Positions 39,326 through 49,033 of a stretch of 64,000 bases of DNA are shown piece after piece (the first letter of the stretch is position 1; each line of letters opens with the position of its first letter). The stretch comes from an uncultured bacterium (GTDB lineage Bacteria; Zhuqueibacterota; QNDG01; DSAB01), in NCBI GenBank assembly GCA_964651045.1, contig CAZYVD010000010.1, positions 828-64,827 on the forward strand, in the 5' to 3' direction. Made by a program: the position numbers and the translations under genes. Under the pieces are notes generated by a model. That model saw only the letters and a list, made by a program, of their open reading frames with translations. It searched no databases and was not told where the DNA came from.

Positions 39326-39354
39326 AAGATAAATAATTTTATTCTCGAATGCAA
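39326..39354 (-). promoter_or_regulatory. Putative sigma70-type promoter of the metal uptake operon
   Basis: On the minus strand TTGCAT, 17-bp spacer, TATCTT. Confidence 0.55.
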
Positions 39355-39471
39355 GCATTTTCCGCCGAACCATATTAATTAAAAATAAAATATCGATCGA
39401 TAGCTACATATATAATTTGAAAATACAAACACTTAGATTCTGTCTATTCATGGTAAGGGTAACATTTAAAT

Positions 39472-39503
39472 AAAAAAGCCCTACTCTATTAAGAGTAAGG
39501 CTT
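39472..39503 (-). terminator. Intrinsic terminator after the sigma54-type regulator
   Basis: Minus strand AAGCCTTACTCT-taat-AGAGTAGGGCTT followed by TTTT. Confidence 0.75.
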
Positions 39504-39527
39504 CATCTGTTTAAACTTCTGCTACTT

Positions 39528-40454
39528 TTAAAACTCTTTCTTTGAGAAACCATACTTTTTCATCTTGTAGCGCAGAGCGGCCTCTGAAATCTTAAGAGCC
39601 CTTGCCGATTTTGTCTGATTTCCTGCATATCTGCGGAGCGACTTGCGAATCATATACTTCTCGACTTCACCCACAGAACTCGGCAGATCCATGCCATCCA
39701 AGAATTCAAAGGGATGCCTCCTCACCTCAAATGGTAAATACTCTATCGAAAGCTTATCCTCTGGTGACAGCAGTATCAAATTCTCTATGGCATTCTTCAA
39801 TTCTGTTACATTACCTGGCCACTCATACTCCATAATCGACTCGAATAAAAGTGTTGGAACTGCGGGCATCTCCTCCTGCGAATCTTTAAAATGTTCGTTC
39901 ATAAAGTGGTTAAAAAGAATAGGAATGTCCTGCCTCCTGTTCCTCAGTGGTGGGAGATAGATTTTGAGTTGACTCAGAAGAGCCAGAAAATCCTGCCGAA
40001 ATGTCTCCTTTTTCAGTTTCTTCTCATCCGTGGCAGAAGCTATCAAGCGAATATCTATCTTTACATACTCATCCTCTGAAGGCCTTTTGAATTTACCCTC
40101 TTTAAAAATATTGAAAAATCTTTTCTGATACTCTGGATCAAGATCTTCTACGTTTTCAAGAAATAGTATGCCTCTGTTCGCCTTCTCAATAATACCGAGT
40201 TTGCGTTCAAAACCCTTCGGGCCTTCTACTCTCTTTCCAAATATCTCATCATCCGTAATCGTGTCGCCAACCGCAGGACAATTCAAAACCACAAATGGCT
40301 TCCTGACCCTTGTACTCCGATGGCGTATCTCAAGAGCCGTGTGTTTTCTTCCTGTCCCGACCTCCCCAATTATCAACACATTAACATCCGACTTGCCGGC
40401 TTCTCGTATTATTCTTCTTGCCGTCAATATTTCAGGACTCTGTCCTAATAACAT
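39528..40454 (-). CDS. Sigma54-interaction-domain/Fis-HTH regulator, degenerate, with no sensor domain
   Basis: Start ATG 40454 with AGGAGG. bEBP layout (LPPLRNRRQDIP, YEWPGNVTEL, GNQTKSARALKIS) but altered Walker A, Walker B and GAFTGA positions. Confidence 0.85.
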   Translation of the reverse strand: MLLGQSPEILTARRIIREAGKSDVNVLIIGEVGTGRKHTALEIRHRSTRVRKPFVVLNCPAVGDTITDDEIFGKRVEGPKGFERKLGIIEKANRGILFLENVEDLDPEYQKRFFNIFKEGKFKRPSEDEYVKIDIRLIASATDEKKLKKETFRQDFLALLSQLKIYLPPLRNRRQDIPILFNHFMNEHFKDSQEEMPAVPTLLFESIMEYEWPGNVTELKNAIENLILLSPEDKLSIEYLPFEVRRHPFEFLDGMDLPSSVGEVEKYMIRKSLRRYAGNQTKSARALKISEAALRYKMKKYGFSKKEF

Positions 40455-40700
40455 AATACACCTCCTATTGCTATTCTCATCTTTAATATCTCTTTCACCT
40501 CTAATTCTCTTAAAATAAAATATAATATTTTTTTCGAATAAATCAAGATAAATAATAAATATTTTTATTTTATTCACAATTAACTTGTGGGAGAAATCGA
40601 ATTCAGCAGAGTTAAAAGGTATTCTTTAGCTGAATTAACAATTTTAGCTGCTGTGAGAATAATTTGGTAGGCCTATTAGCAATAATTCAATCAATGTGGA

Positions 40701-43700
40701 TTAAATAGATAACCTCTTGAATTTTATAGAAATCTTCTCAAAAGTAACATATAGAACCGGAATTACTGTAAGCACCATTACCGTAGATGCGATTAAACCT
40801 CCAATTGTTGCAAGTGCAAGTGCATACCAGATGTCACCAGATTCGCTTCCTAAAATCACAAGTGGAAGCAGGCCACCAATGGTAGTAAACGTTGTCATCA
40901 GGATCGGCCTCATTCTGTTTGAGGTTCCATTAATGACAGCCTCTTTAATACTTAAACCTTCCCTTCTCAATCTGTTTATATGATCAATTAAAATGATCGA
41001 GTCGTTAACAACAATTCCTCCAAGCAGTATAACACCAATATATGCAGAACGATCAAAAGATGTACCGGTCAGATAGAATATTAAAAAAACACCTGAGAGT
41101 GAAAACGGTACAGTCAGAAGAATGAGAAAAGGATGAAGAATCGACTCAAAAAGACCGGCAGTTACCAGAAATACGAGCAGAAGAGAAATACCGAGTATAA
41201 AAAAGATTTCATTCTTCTCTTTTTTGCTCATTCTATAACTTCTGCCATTATCCACACTGTACCCTGGCGGAACATGTGTTGTATTTATTATGCTCTCAAT
41301 GAGACGATTACATAGCTTCTGAGGACCTCTAAACTCAAATCCAACATATCGCATGTACTGCTGATTCTCTCTCAAAATCTCCTCCATTGTCTTTCGTTTT
41401 GTTATGAGAGCAACCTCACCTAAACGTACCCCCTCTCCCCTCTTTGTTGGTATGAGCAGATTCTTTAAATCCATCATTGAAAAATCTTTATAAGTTTTAA
41501 ACTTAATTGTACACCCTATCTCATCACCGCCCATTCTGACCCGCTGGGCACCAAGATTTTCCCTCAAAAAAGCACTCACATTGTATAGAACCTCCAATAT
41601 TGTGATATCGTATTTCATCAACTTTTCTCTATCAATACTAAGAACAGTCTCATATGAGTTTCCATATGAATAGACATAAGCCATATCTTCATTCACATTT
41701 TTCACTCTTACATATTTCCTGAGCCTTTTTCCTATATCGTGTGCTATCTTTTTTATTCTGTCATAGTTGTATCCAAGAATCTTTATACTATTTCCCATTA
41801 CCCAATAGGAAGATCCTATAGAGAATGGCTCACCAAAACCATATATTGAAACATCTATGCCCGACATCTGTGCTGCAACTCCTATCAACTCCTCTTTTAG
41901 AATATATGGAAAACTTGTGGATAGAACCTCCTCAGGGAATTTTATTCTCATGCTTGCACTTTCATCATAAACATTTGTTGAAATCTTTTCCACAAAATTT
42001 TTTTTGAGAGCTATGTTTTCAAATTTTCTAATAATCTTATCGGTGCGCTCCAGTTCTGCACCTTTTGGCAGTCTTATGCCTACATACAGGACCTCTCTTC
42101 TTCCCCAGCCCGACCATATCCTTCCCTTCGTAACATACCTGTCAAAAATATAGTATGAAAATCCAAGCAGGATGAGGAGAACAGACAATACAACTCCCCT
42201 GTGATCAACCATCCTGCTCAATGTTCGCTTAAACCATCCCAGAGGTTTAAAAACCCGAATCTTTTCGACAGCAAGTTCTTCTTCTGAAAAAAACCTTGCT
42301 GTGAGTGAAGGGGTCAGTGAAAATGCAACAACTATTGAAGAAAGAAGAGAAAAACCAACGGCCATTGCAAATGGAAGATAGTAGATGCGAAGCTCGCCTG
42401 TCATGTACAAAAAAGGCAAAAAGGCTACAACTGTTGTAAGAGTAGATGCCATTATTGGAAGCACAACCTCTTTTGTACCATGTATAGCAGAATCGATCAG
42501 CCTCTCGCCACCTCCACATCTTCTTATTATATTCTCCACAACAACAATGGCATTGTCAACAAGCATACCAAACCCAAGAGTGAGCCCAGCTAATGTGAGA
42601 AGATTGAGAGTGATTTTAAAGATTAAAAACAGATTGAGACTCATGAGAACCGAGAAAAAGATTGTGGAAATTATGATTATCGGTGAACGATATGTGTGTA
42701 AAAATATCATAAGAACAAGAAAAATAACCACAACGGAAAACAGGGATTTCTGAGCAAGTGAGGAGAGATTGTCCCGAATCTCTCTACTCTGATCATCATC
42801 AACAATCATTGTAAGGTTGGCGGGCAGCCTATCTTTAATTACATCAAGCTTTTCCATTATTCTATCTGCACAACTTACAATGTTTGTTCCGATCTCCCTG
42901 TCGATATTGATAACCACTGCAGGATTACCATTTATTCTGGAAAGGCTCCTTGCACGCCCAAAAGTATCAAAAACCTGGGCAACATCTTTGATTCTGACAA
43001 CTCCACCATCCTTTGTGGTCTTGATTATAGCATTACTGATTTCATCAGCATCTTTTATTGGAGTATCTATAAATATGGACTGACGAGTTCCTCCCTGATC
43101 TATTGCACCAATATTCTCTTTCATCCCAAGCTCATTGAGCACAGCAGCAATACTGTAGAGTGAGAGTCCATATGAATCTAACCTGTGTTTATCCACAAGA
43201 ATCTCTATTTCACGATCCTGTCCTCCAATCACTGTAACATTTGCCACACCCTTTATTCCTAAAAGATATGGTCTGATTCTATCGAGTGCTATACTCCGAA
43301 GATCATTTATCGTGTAAGGCCCTGTCAGGCGAATTGAAAAGAAACGTCCTGTTCTGAATTTCCTCGGCTCATATCTGCTGATAGAAGGAGGCGACACGCC
43401 GTGGGGAAGCTCTTCTCGTACCATTGATAACTTTTCACTGAGCTCCATCTTTGCAAATTCCATATCGGTTCCACGACTGAACTGAAGTGTTACCTGAGAA
43501 TTTCCCTCACTTGAACTCGATGTTACTTTCTGAACACCCCTGATGGTATTTGCCACTGCCTCCAGTGGTGCTGTGACAAATGCCTCCATTACTTCTGGAG
43601 ATGTATAGGGCCATGAAACAGTGATTGTCAACTGGGGAAACTCTACATTTGGAGTAATCTCAAGAGGCAGATGAGTTGCAGAAAAAAAGCCTGTGAAGAG

Positions 43701-43763
43701 AATGACCAGAAAAATCATTGCAATTGCAATTGGACGTCTTATCGATGTTTCTATTAGATCCAT
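40701..43763 (-). CDS. RND efflux permease (AcrB/AcrD/AcrF family)
   Basis: P.VEFPQLTITV, GMLVDNAIVVVENI, RMRPILMTT, about 12 TM segments. Confidence 0.95.
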   Translation of the reverse strand: MDLIETSIRRPIAIAMIFLVILFTGFFSATHLPLEITPNVEFPQLTITVSWPYTSPEVMEAFVTAPLEAVANTIRGVQKVTSSSSEGNSQVTLQFSRGTDMEFAKMELSEKLSMVREELPHGVSPPSISRYEPRKFRTGRFFSIRLTGPYTINDLRSIALDRIRPYLLGIKGVANVTVIGGQDREIEILVDKHRLDSYGLSLYSIAAVLNELGMKENIGAIDQGGTRQSIFIDTPIKDADEISNAIIKTTKDGGVVRIKDVAQVFDTFGRARSLSRINGNPAVVINIDREIGTNIVSCADRIMEKLDVIKDRLPANLTMIVDDDQSREIRDNLSSLAQKSLFSVVVIFLVLMIFLHTYRSPIIIISTIFFSVLMSLNLFLIFKITLNLLTLAGLTLGFGMLVDNAIVVVENIIRRCGGGERLIDSAIHGTKEVVLPIMASTLTTVVAFLPFLYMTGELRIYYLPFAMAVGFSLLSSIVVAFSLTPSLTARFFSEEELAVEKIRVFKPLGWFKRTLSRMVDHRGVVLSVLLILLGFSYYIFDRYVTKGRIWSGWGRREVLYVGIRLPKGAELERTDKIIRKFENIALKKNFVEKISTNVYDESASMRIKFPEEVLSTSFPYILKEELIGVAAQMSGIDVSIYGFGEPFSIGSSYWVMGNSIKILGYNYDRIKKIAHDIGKRLRKYVRVKNVNEDMAYVYSYGNSYETVLSIDREKLMKYDITILEVLYNVSAFLRENLGAQRVRMGGDEIGCTIKFKTYKDFSMMDLKNLLIPTKRGEGVRLGEVALITKRKTMEEILRENQQYMRYVGFEFRGPQKLCNRLIESIINTTHVPPGYSVDNGRSYRMSKKEKNEIFFILGISLLLVFLVTAGLFESILHPFLILLTVPFSLSGVFLIFYLTGTSFDRSAYIGVILLGGIVVNDSIILIDHINRLRREGLSIKEAVINGTSNRMRPILMTTFTTIGGLLPLVILGSESGDIWYALALATIGGLIASTVMVLTVIPVLYVTFEKISIKFKRLSI

Positions 43764-43830
43764 TTTCGATATATAATAATCTTAAAAAGTTAACTTCCAG
43801 CAATCCTCAGTATTGTAGCAATTAAACAAT

Positions 43831-46800
43831 CTAAACAGCCTCCTCCCTGCTCTGTCTCCTCTCAGAAACCAGGCTGTAGAGTACTGGAATCATAATAAGG
43901 GTTAGCACCGTAGATGTAAAGAGCCCACCTATAATTGCCAGTGCCAGTGGACGTTGCAGTTCTGCACCTGCACCCAGTCCACTGGCCATTGGTGCAAGCC
44001 CAAGTATGGTTGTTACTGATGTCATCACAATTGGCCTGAACCTCTTTCTTCCAGCATCCATTATTGCCCTCCGTACAGAACTGCCCCTCCTTCTTTCCTG
44101 ATTAATAAAATCTATCTTGACAATAGCATCATTGACTGCAATACCCACAAGCACAACAACACCTATCATAGAGATTACATTCAGAGACTGACCTGTCAAC
44201 AGCAAAAGCCATATTGTTCCCACAGCAGCCATCGGTATTGAGAATATTATGATAAGGGGATGAATTAAAGACTCAAACTGGGCAGCCATAATCATATAAA
44301 CAAGTACAATGGCCAGAATTCCTGCCCACATTAGACTTTTATACGATTGTGCCATCTCCTGCTTGGCACCACCTATTGAAATGTATGTGTCTGTACTCAG
44401 GGGAATGTCATCCATTTTATTCTCGAGCTTTTTTATCACCTGGGCGAGTGACTTTCCAGAAACATTAGCATAAAGACTTATTACCCTCGTCTGATCCTCA
44501 CGATGTATCTCTACAGCACCCCTTGACTTTGATATTGTTGCCACCTCTCTCAGTGGAATACCACTGTGTCCTGTAGGAATCGTTGTATTCATCAATCTCT
44601 CAATATCCATTCTGTTGGAAAATCGAGGTTTGACTCTGATATCTATCTTCTGCTCCATCTCCTTGAATTGAGAAGCAAGATCGCCTGTTAAATCATTCTT
44701 TATGAACCTTGCTATATTTCTAACCGAGAGTCCATACATCCCTGCTCTCTCTCTATCGATAACTATCCGATATTCCGGCCTGCCCACTTCGAAGTCGGAT
44801 TTTAAATCGGTTATCCCCGGCACTTCTCTACACTTCTCTTTTATCTTTTCTATAATCCCAAGAGCTTCCTCAAGCTTCTCACCGTAGACCTGAATAACTA
44901 TATCTGCTTCTGTGGTACCGAGTATCTGGCTTAGCACAGTCTGACCAGTACCAAATGTAACTTCTGCAGCACTGTTTGCAAATCTTTTTCTAAGATTATC
45001 CATTATACTTTTTGTCTTAACACCCCTCTTAACACGTACACGTATCTCGGCCTTATTGAGACCCGTATTTGCCATCCCGGTTCCTATCTGCTGTCGAATT
45101 AATCCCACACTGGAAAAAACATCCTGCACTCCATCTGTTTGCATTATTTCCCTTTCCATCTGCAAGACCAATTCATTTACTGCCGATAGAGATGTACCCG
45201 GCTCCATCCGCACCTCTATCCTGAACTCTCTCTGGTCGACTCTTGGCATAAGCTCTCTCGGAAGAATAAATCCTGCACCTGCGGTTATGAAGAGTATTAG
45301 TGCCATGATGAGCAGAGCAGCAACCCTGTTATCAAGTGCTGTATTTAAAACCTTCTCATACTTCTGCATGAGGAAAGATAGTATCCTGTTGAACTGTTTG
45401 AATATTGGATTTGTAAATCTATAAAACATAGCTCCGCATCTTTTAAGAATCAGAGATATAAGACTCATAACAATCCGATAAATATATCTGATAAGTTTAA
45501 ATATCGCTCCTAATACGATCCTGAAAGGAAACAGTATCCATCTTATCGGCCGCCTGTTTATGAAATCGATTTTCCCACCCCCAATCTCCTCTACATGGTC
45601 CACTTTACCATCACGCGAAAATCTTGATGCAAGCACTGGAAGAAGGGTTAATGAAACTACTAGAGAAGAAAGTAGTGCAAATGTTACTGTTATTGCCTGG
45701 TCCTTGAAAAGCTGTCCGGCAATTCCACGAACATACAATACCGGGAAAAATACTGCGATTGTCGTAAAGGTCGAAGCAGTTACTGCCATTGCTACCTCTT
45801 TTGTCCCATTCACTGCAGCTCTAACCATACCTGCACCACCTTCTCTATGGCGAAAGATGTTTTCGAGTACAACTATAGAACAATCCACAAGCATGCCCAC
45901 ACCAAGTGCAAGCCCACCAAGCGACATGAGATTCAGGCTCACACCAGTAAAATATAATAAAATGAATGTTCCGATTATCGATATTGGAATCGCAACAGAT
46001 ATACTAAGAGGATTTCTTATATCATTCATGAAAAAGAACAGTATAAAAAAGGCAAGAATACCTCCTAACACAATCGCCTGCAGAACGTTAGAAACTGCCT
46101 TTGATATGAAATCTGCCTGATCATAGGCTATGACTATTGGTATTCTTGGATACTCCATCCTCAGTTGTGATAGAACCTGCTTTACTCTTTTCGATACTCT
46201 TACGGTATTTGCGCCGGCCTCTTTGGTCAGCAGTATTCCTATGCTCTCTTCTCCATTGTAGTGGGTTATGTTCTGCCTCTCTTTGAAACCCTGTTTTACA
46301 ACTGCCACATCTCTGAGATGTATTATTGAACCATCCCTTTCTCTTTTTATTACTACAGATTCCATCTCTTTTACATTCTGGAAAGAACCGATTGTACGAA
46401 GAGAGTAGCGATATCTGCCCTTTTTGATGGTGCCCCCAGGCATATCAACATTTGCATTATCAATTGCAGCCGAGATATGATCTATAGTCAAACCGAGGGC
46501 CTCGATCTTCTCTTTGTCTACATCTACCTGGACCTCTCTCTCCATTCCGCCAACCACATCGGCAAGTGCAACTCCCCTTATCTGTTCCAATCTTCTCTTG
46601 AAAACATTCCTGCTTATCTCTTTTAATGAAACAAGATCCCTTCCCGAAACAGAAAGAGCAATGATCGGCTGCTGTGAAGGATCGAGATGAATGAGTGTTG
46701 GCCTTCCAGCATCTTCAGGAAGACTCCTGCTAATTGCATCGAGCTTCTCTCTTACGTGAAGAGAGGCAAAATCCATGTTCTGTCCCCAGTTGAATTCCAG

Positions 46801-47076
46801 GATTATCTGGGAAAGCCCCTCTTTTGAGAACGATCTTATTTTACGAATCCCTGCTACTGTTGATACACTCTGTTCAATTGGTTTTGTTATCAGTCGCTCG
46901 ACCTCCTCTGGTACTGCATTTGGAAATACAGTATACACAGTTAACTTTGGATAAGAAAGATCCGGCAGCAAATCCACAGACAACCTGCCAAGTGACACAA
47001 AACCCAAAAGAAGTATGCCCGTATAGAACATTATTACTGCAACGGGACGTCTTGTTACGAGTTCTGCAATATGCAT
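43831..47076 (-). CDS. RND efflux permease, paralog
   Basis: DLLPDLSYP, GMLVDCSIVVLENI, AQFESLIHP, RFRPIVMTS. Confidence 0.95.
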   Translation of the reverse strand: MHIAELVTRRPVAVIMFYTGILLLGFVSLGRLSVDLLPDLSYPKLTVYTVFPNAVPEEVERLITKPIEQSVSTVAGIRKIRSFSKEGLSQIILEFNWGQNMDFASLHVREKLDAISRSLPEDAGRPTLIHLDPSQQPIIALSVSGRDLVSLKEISRNVFKRRLEQIRGVALADVVGGMEREVQVDVDKEKIEALGLTIDHISAAIDNANVDMPGGTIKKGRYRYSLRTIGSFQNVKEMESVVIKRERDGSIIHLRDVAVVKQGFKERQNITHYNGEESIGILLTKEAGANTVRVSKRVKQVLSQLRMEYPRIPIVIAYDQADFISKAVSNVLQAIVLGGILAFFILFFFMNDIRNPLSISVAIPISIIGTFILLYFTGVSLNLMSLGGLALGVGMLVDCSIVVLENIFRHREGGAGMVRAAVNGTKEVAMAVTASTFTTIAVFFPVLYVRGIAGQLFKDQAITVTFALLSSLVVSLTLLPVLASRFSRDGKVDHVEEIGGGKIDFINRRPIRWILFPFRIVLGAIFKLIRYIYRIVMSLISLILKRCGAMFYRFTNPIFKQFNRILSFLMQKYEKVLNTALDNRVAALLIMALILFITAGAGFILPRELMPRVDQREFRIEVRMEPGTSLSAVNELVLQMEREIMQTDGVQDVFSSVGLIRQQIGTGMANTGLNKAEIRVRVKRGVKTKSIMDNLRKRFANSAAEVTFGTGQTVLSQILGTTEADIVIQVYGEKLEEALGIIEKIKEKCREVPGITDLKSDFEVGRPEYRIVIDRERAGMYGLSVRNIARFIKNDLTGDLASQFKEMEQKIDIRVKPRFSNRMDIERLMNTTIPTGHSGIPLREVATISKSRGAVEIHREDQTRVISLYANVSGKSLAQVIKKLENKMDDIPLSTDTYISIGGAKQEMAQSYKSLMWAGILAIVLVYMIMAAQFESLIHPLIIIFSIPMAAVGTIWLLLLTGQSLNVISMIGVVVLVGIAVNDAIVKIDFINQERRRGSSVRRAIMDAGRKRFRPIVMTSVTTILGLAPMASGLGAGAELQRPLALAIIGGLFTSTVLTLIMIPVLYSLVSERRQSREEAV

Positions 47077-47114
47077 ATTTTACTAATCCAGAATTTTATT
47101 AAAATTTTAACAAA

Positions 47115-48386
47115 TCACTTTCTTACTTTAACTGGTGCATCGTGAGCAAGCGTGTAGTTTCCTTTTGTGACTACAAGTTCTCCCGGTTTGAGATTGAACT
47201 TTGAACTCAATACTTCTTTATACATCTCATTTTCAAGACCTGTAGTCACATAACTCCACTTTGCCTTTCCATCTCTCACAATAAATACTACTTCACGCTG
47301 ATCCCTCAGAACAACCGCCTCCTTCGGCACAAGGAACCTCTCCTTATATATTTTTGCTACTATCTTTACATCTGCAGACATTCCAGACTTTATCCTGTAT
47401 CCTGGATTATCGATACAAATTGTTACACGACACATTCTCTTTTCCTGATCAATAATAGGATTTATCGAGATCACTTCTCCTCTGAATGTATCACCAGGAA
47501 AGGCGAGAAACTCTGCAGTTGCCTCCCGGCCGACCATGATCGATCCAATCTCACTCTCAAGAACATTTGCCTCTATTCTTATTTTTGAAAGATCTACAAG
47601 CTTAAAACACTCCCTACCACTGTTTACATACTGTCCCAAAAATACCTGCTGGTCACCAAGAATTCCTGAGAATGGGGCTCTGATTTCTGTGTTCAAAAGA
47701 TTGAATCTGGCACGCCTGAGAGATATTACCGCATCATCCAGACCGCTCCTAATTGAAAATCTATCTATTCGACTCTGGGCAACAAAATCTTTTGTCACAT
47801 CGTACCATATTTTGAATTTCGAAAACTCTTTCTCAGATATTTTTCCAGCCTCCTTCAAAGCCATAGCATTCTCATAACTCTGCCTCATCTTCTCTAAATA
47901 TACTGGATCTGATCTGTTTGAGTCAGTATCAGAGGGCATGAGAGAGAGGGTCCCTCCTGAGAACAACTTTTCTACAAAAGATGCCTGAGCCTTCTTCAGG
48001 TTGTTTTCGGCCTCTTCCAGATCGAGACGATATCTGCTGTCATCGATCTTAAAAATCATCTCCCCTTCTTTCACCTCAGAGCCCTCTTGCACCGGAAGCT
48101 CGACTATCCTTCCACTTACTCGTGGAATTATGGTCACCTCACTCCAGGGTCTTGCAACACCAGAGGCAGATACTCTGATTATTAGATCTCCAACAAATGC
48201 CGGCCTCGCCTCAACAATCACAGGATTTATAAACTTTGATTCATCTGTCTTGAATTCTACTGTCTTATCTGCCCTGTTCCTTGCCTCCTTCCTCTTTTGA
48301 ATAAAATACAATGACAGCAAAACAATAATAATTGTAGGTATTATCCATCTCAGTGAAGATTTTAAGATTTTAATAAATTTTTTCAT
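47115..48386 (-). CDS. RND periplasmic adaptor (membrane fusion protein)
   Basis: N-terminal TM, VSGRIVELPVQEGSEVKEG, TEIRAPFSG, IKSGMSADV, VPKEAV. Confidence 0.93.
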   Translation of the reverse strand: MKKFIKILKSSLRWIIPTIIIVLLSLYFIQKRKEARNRADKTVEFKTDESKFINPVIVEARPAFVGDLIIRVSASGVARPWSEVTIIPRVSGRIVELPVQEGSEVKEGEMIFKIDDSRYRLDLEEAENNLKKAQASFVEKLFSGGTLSLMPSDTDSNRSDPVYLEKMRQSYENAMALKEAGKISEKEFSKFKIWYDVTKDFVAQSRIDRFSIRSGLDDAVISLRRARFNLLNTEIRAPFSGILGDQQVFLGQYVNSGRECFKLVDLSKIRIEANVLESEIGSIMVGREATAEFLAFPGDTFRGEVISINPIIDQEKRMCRVTICIDNPGYRIKSGMSADVKIVAKIYKERFLVPKEAVVLRDQREVVFIVRDGKAKWSYVTTGLENEMYKEVLSSKFNLKPGELVVTKGNYTLAHDAPVKVRK

Positions 48387-48508
48387 GGCACACCCAACAA
48401 TTTTTGTTTGATTAATAACAGTGATGAGTAATTATCACTAATATTATAATTTATTGTAAAAAAATCAAGCTATAAATTATAATATTTTGGAAAAATAATG
48501 TGGATAGA

Positions 48509-49033
48509 TTAAAAAATAATTGCAGAAATGTGTGGCAGTTCTCTGAATTTATTATCATAATCGAGACCGTAACCAACAATGAATTCATCTGGTACAACAA
48601 AGCCTACATAATCTGCCCTAAATGGAATGGAACGACGAGAAGGCTTATCAAGCAGTACGCATGTCTTAAAGAGTGAGGGACTTTTCTCCTTTAGATGATG
48701 GGCAACAAAGTTGAGTGTTGTTCCCGTGTCAAGTATATCGTCTACAAGAAGCACCTGTTTGCCAGAGATTTCTGTTGAGATATCCCGTATCAGCTCAATC
48801 CTTCCGGATGGCTCGGTGCCAGAGCCATAAGATGAAACGGTCATAAAATCAAGCAGAAGAGAGAATCCGCTTCTGTAGAGTTCCCGCACAAGATCTGCCA
48901 TGAAAATAAAACTCCCCTTTAGAAGACCTATCACAACCAGATCTTTCTTTTTAAAATCTTTGATTATCAGCTCAGCAAGAGATTTAACGCACTCTCTTAT
49001 TTGAAACTCATCATATAGAAGCCTAAGGTTCAT
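48509..49033 (-). CDS. hpt: Hypoxanthine phosphoribosyltransferase
   Basis: GLLKGSFIFMADL, VLLVDDILDTGTT, FIVGYGLDY. Confidence 0.95.
   Translation of the reverse strand: MNLRLLYDEFQIRECVKSLAELIIKDFKKKDLVVIGLLKGSFIFMADLVRELYRSGFSLLLDFMTVSSYGSGTEPSGRIELIRDISTEISGKQVLLVDDILDTGTTLNFVAHHLKEKSPSLFKTCVLLDKPSRRSIPFRADYVGFVVPDEFIVGYGLDYDNKFRELPHISAIIF

Noticed and set aside
40455-40577. 41-aa N-terminal extension of the sigma54-type regulator as a sensor domain
   Set aside because: AT-rich intergenic-like sequence; a strong AGGAGG precedes ATG 40454.
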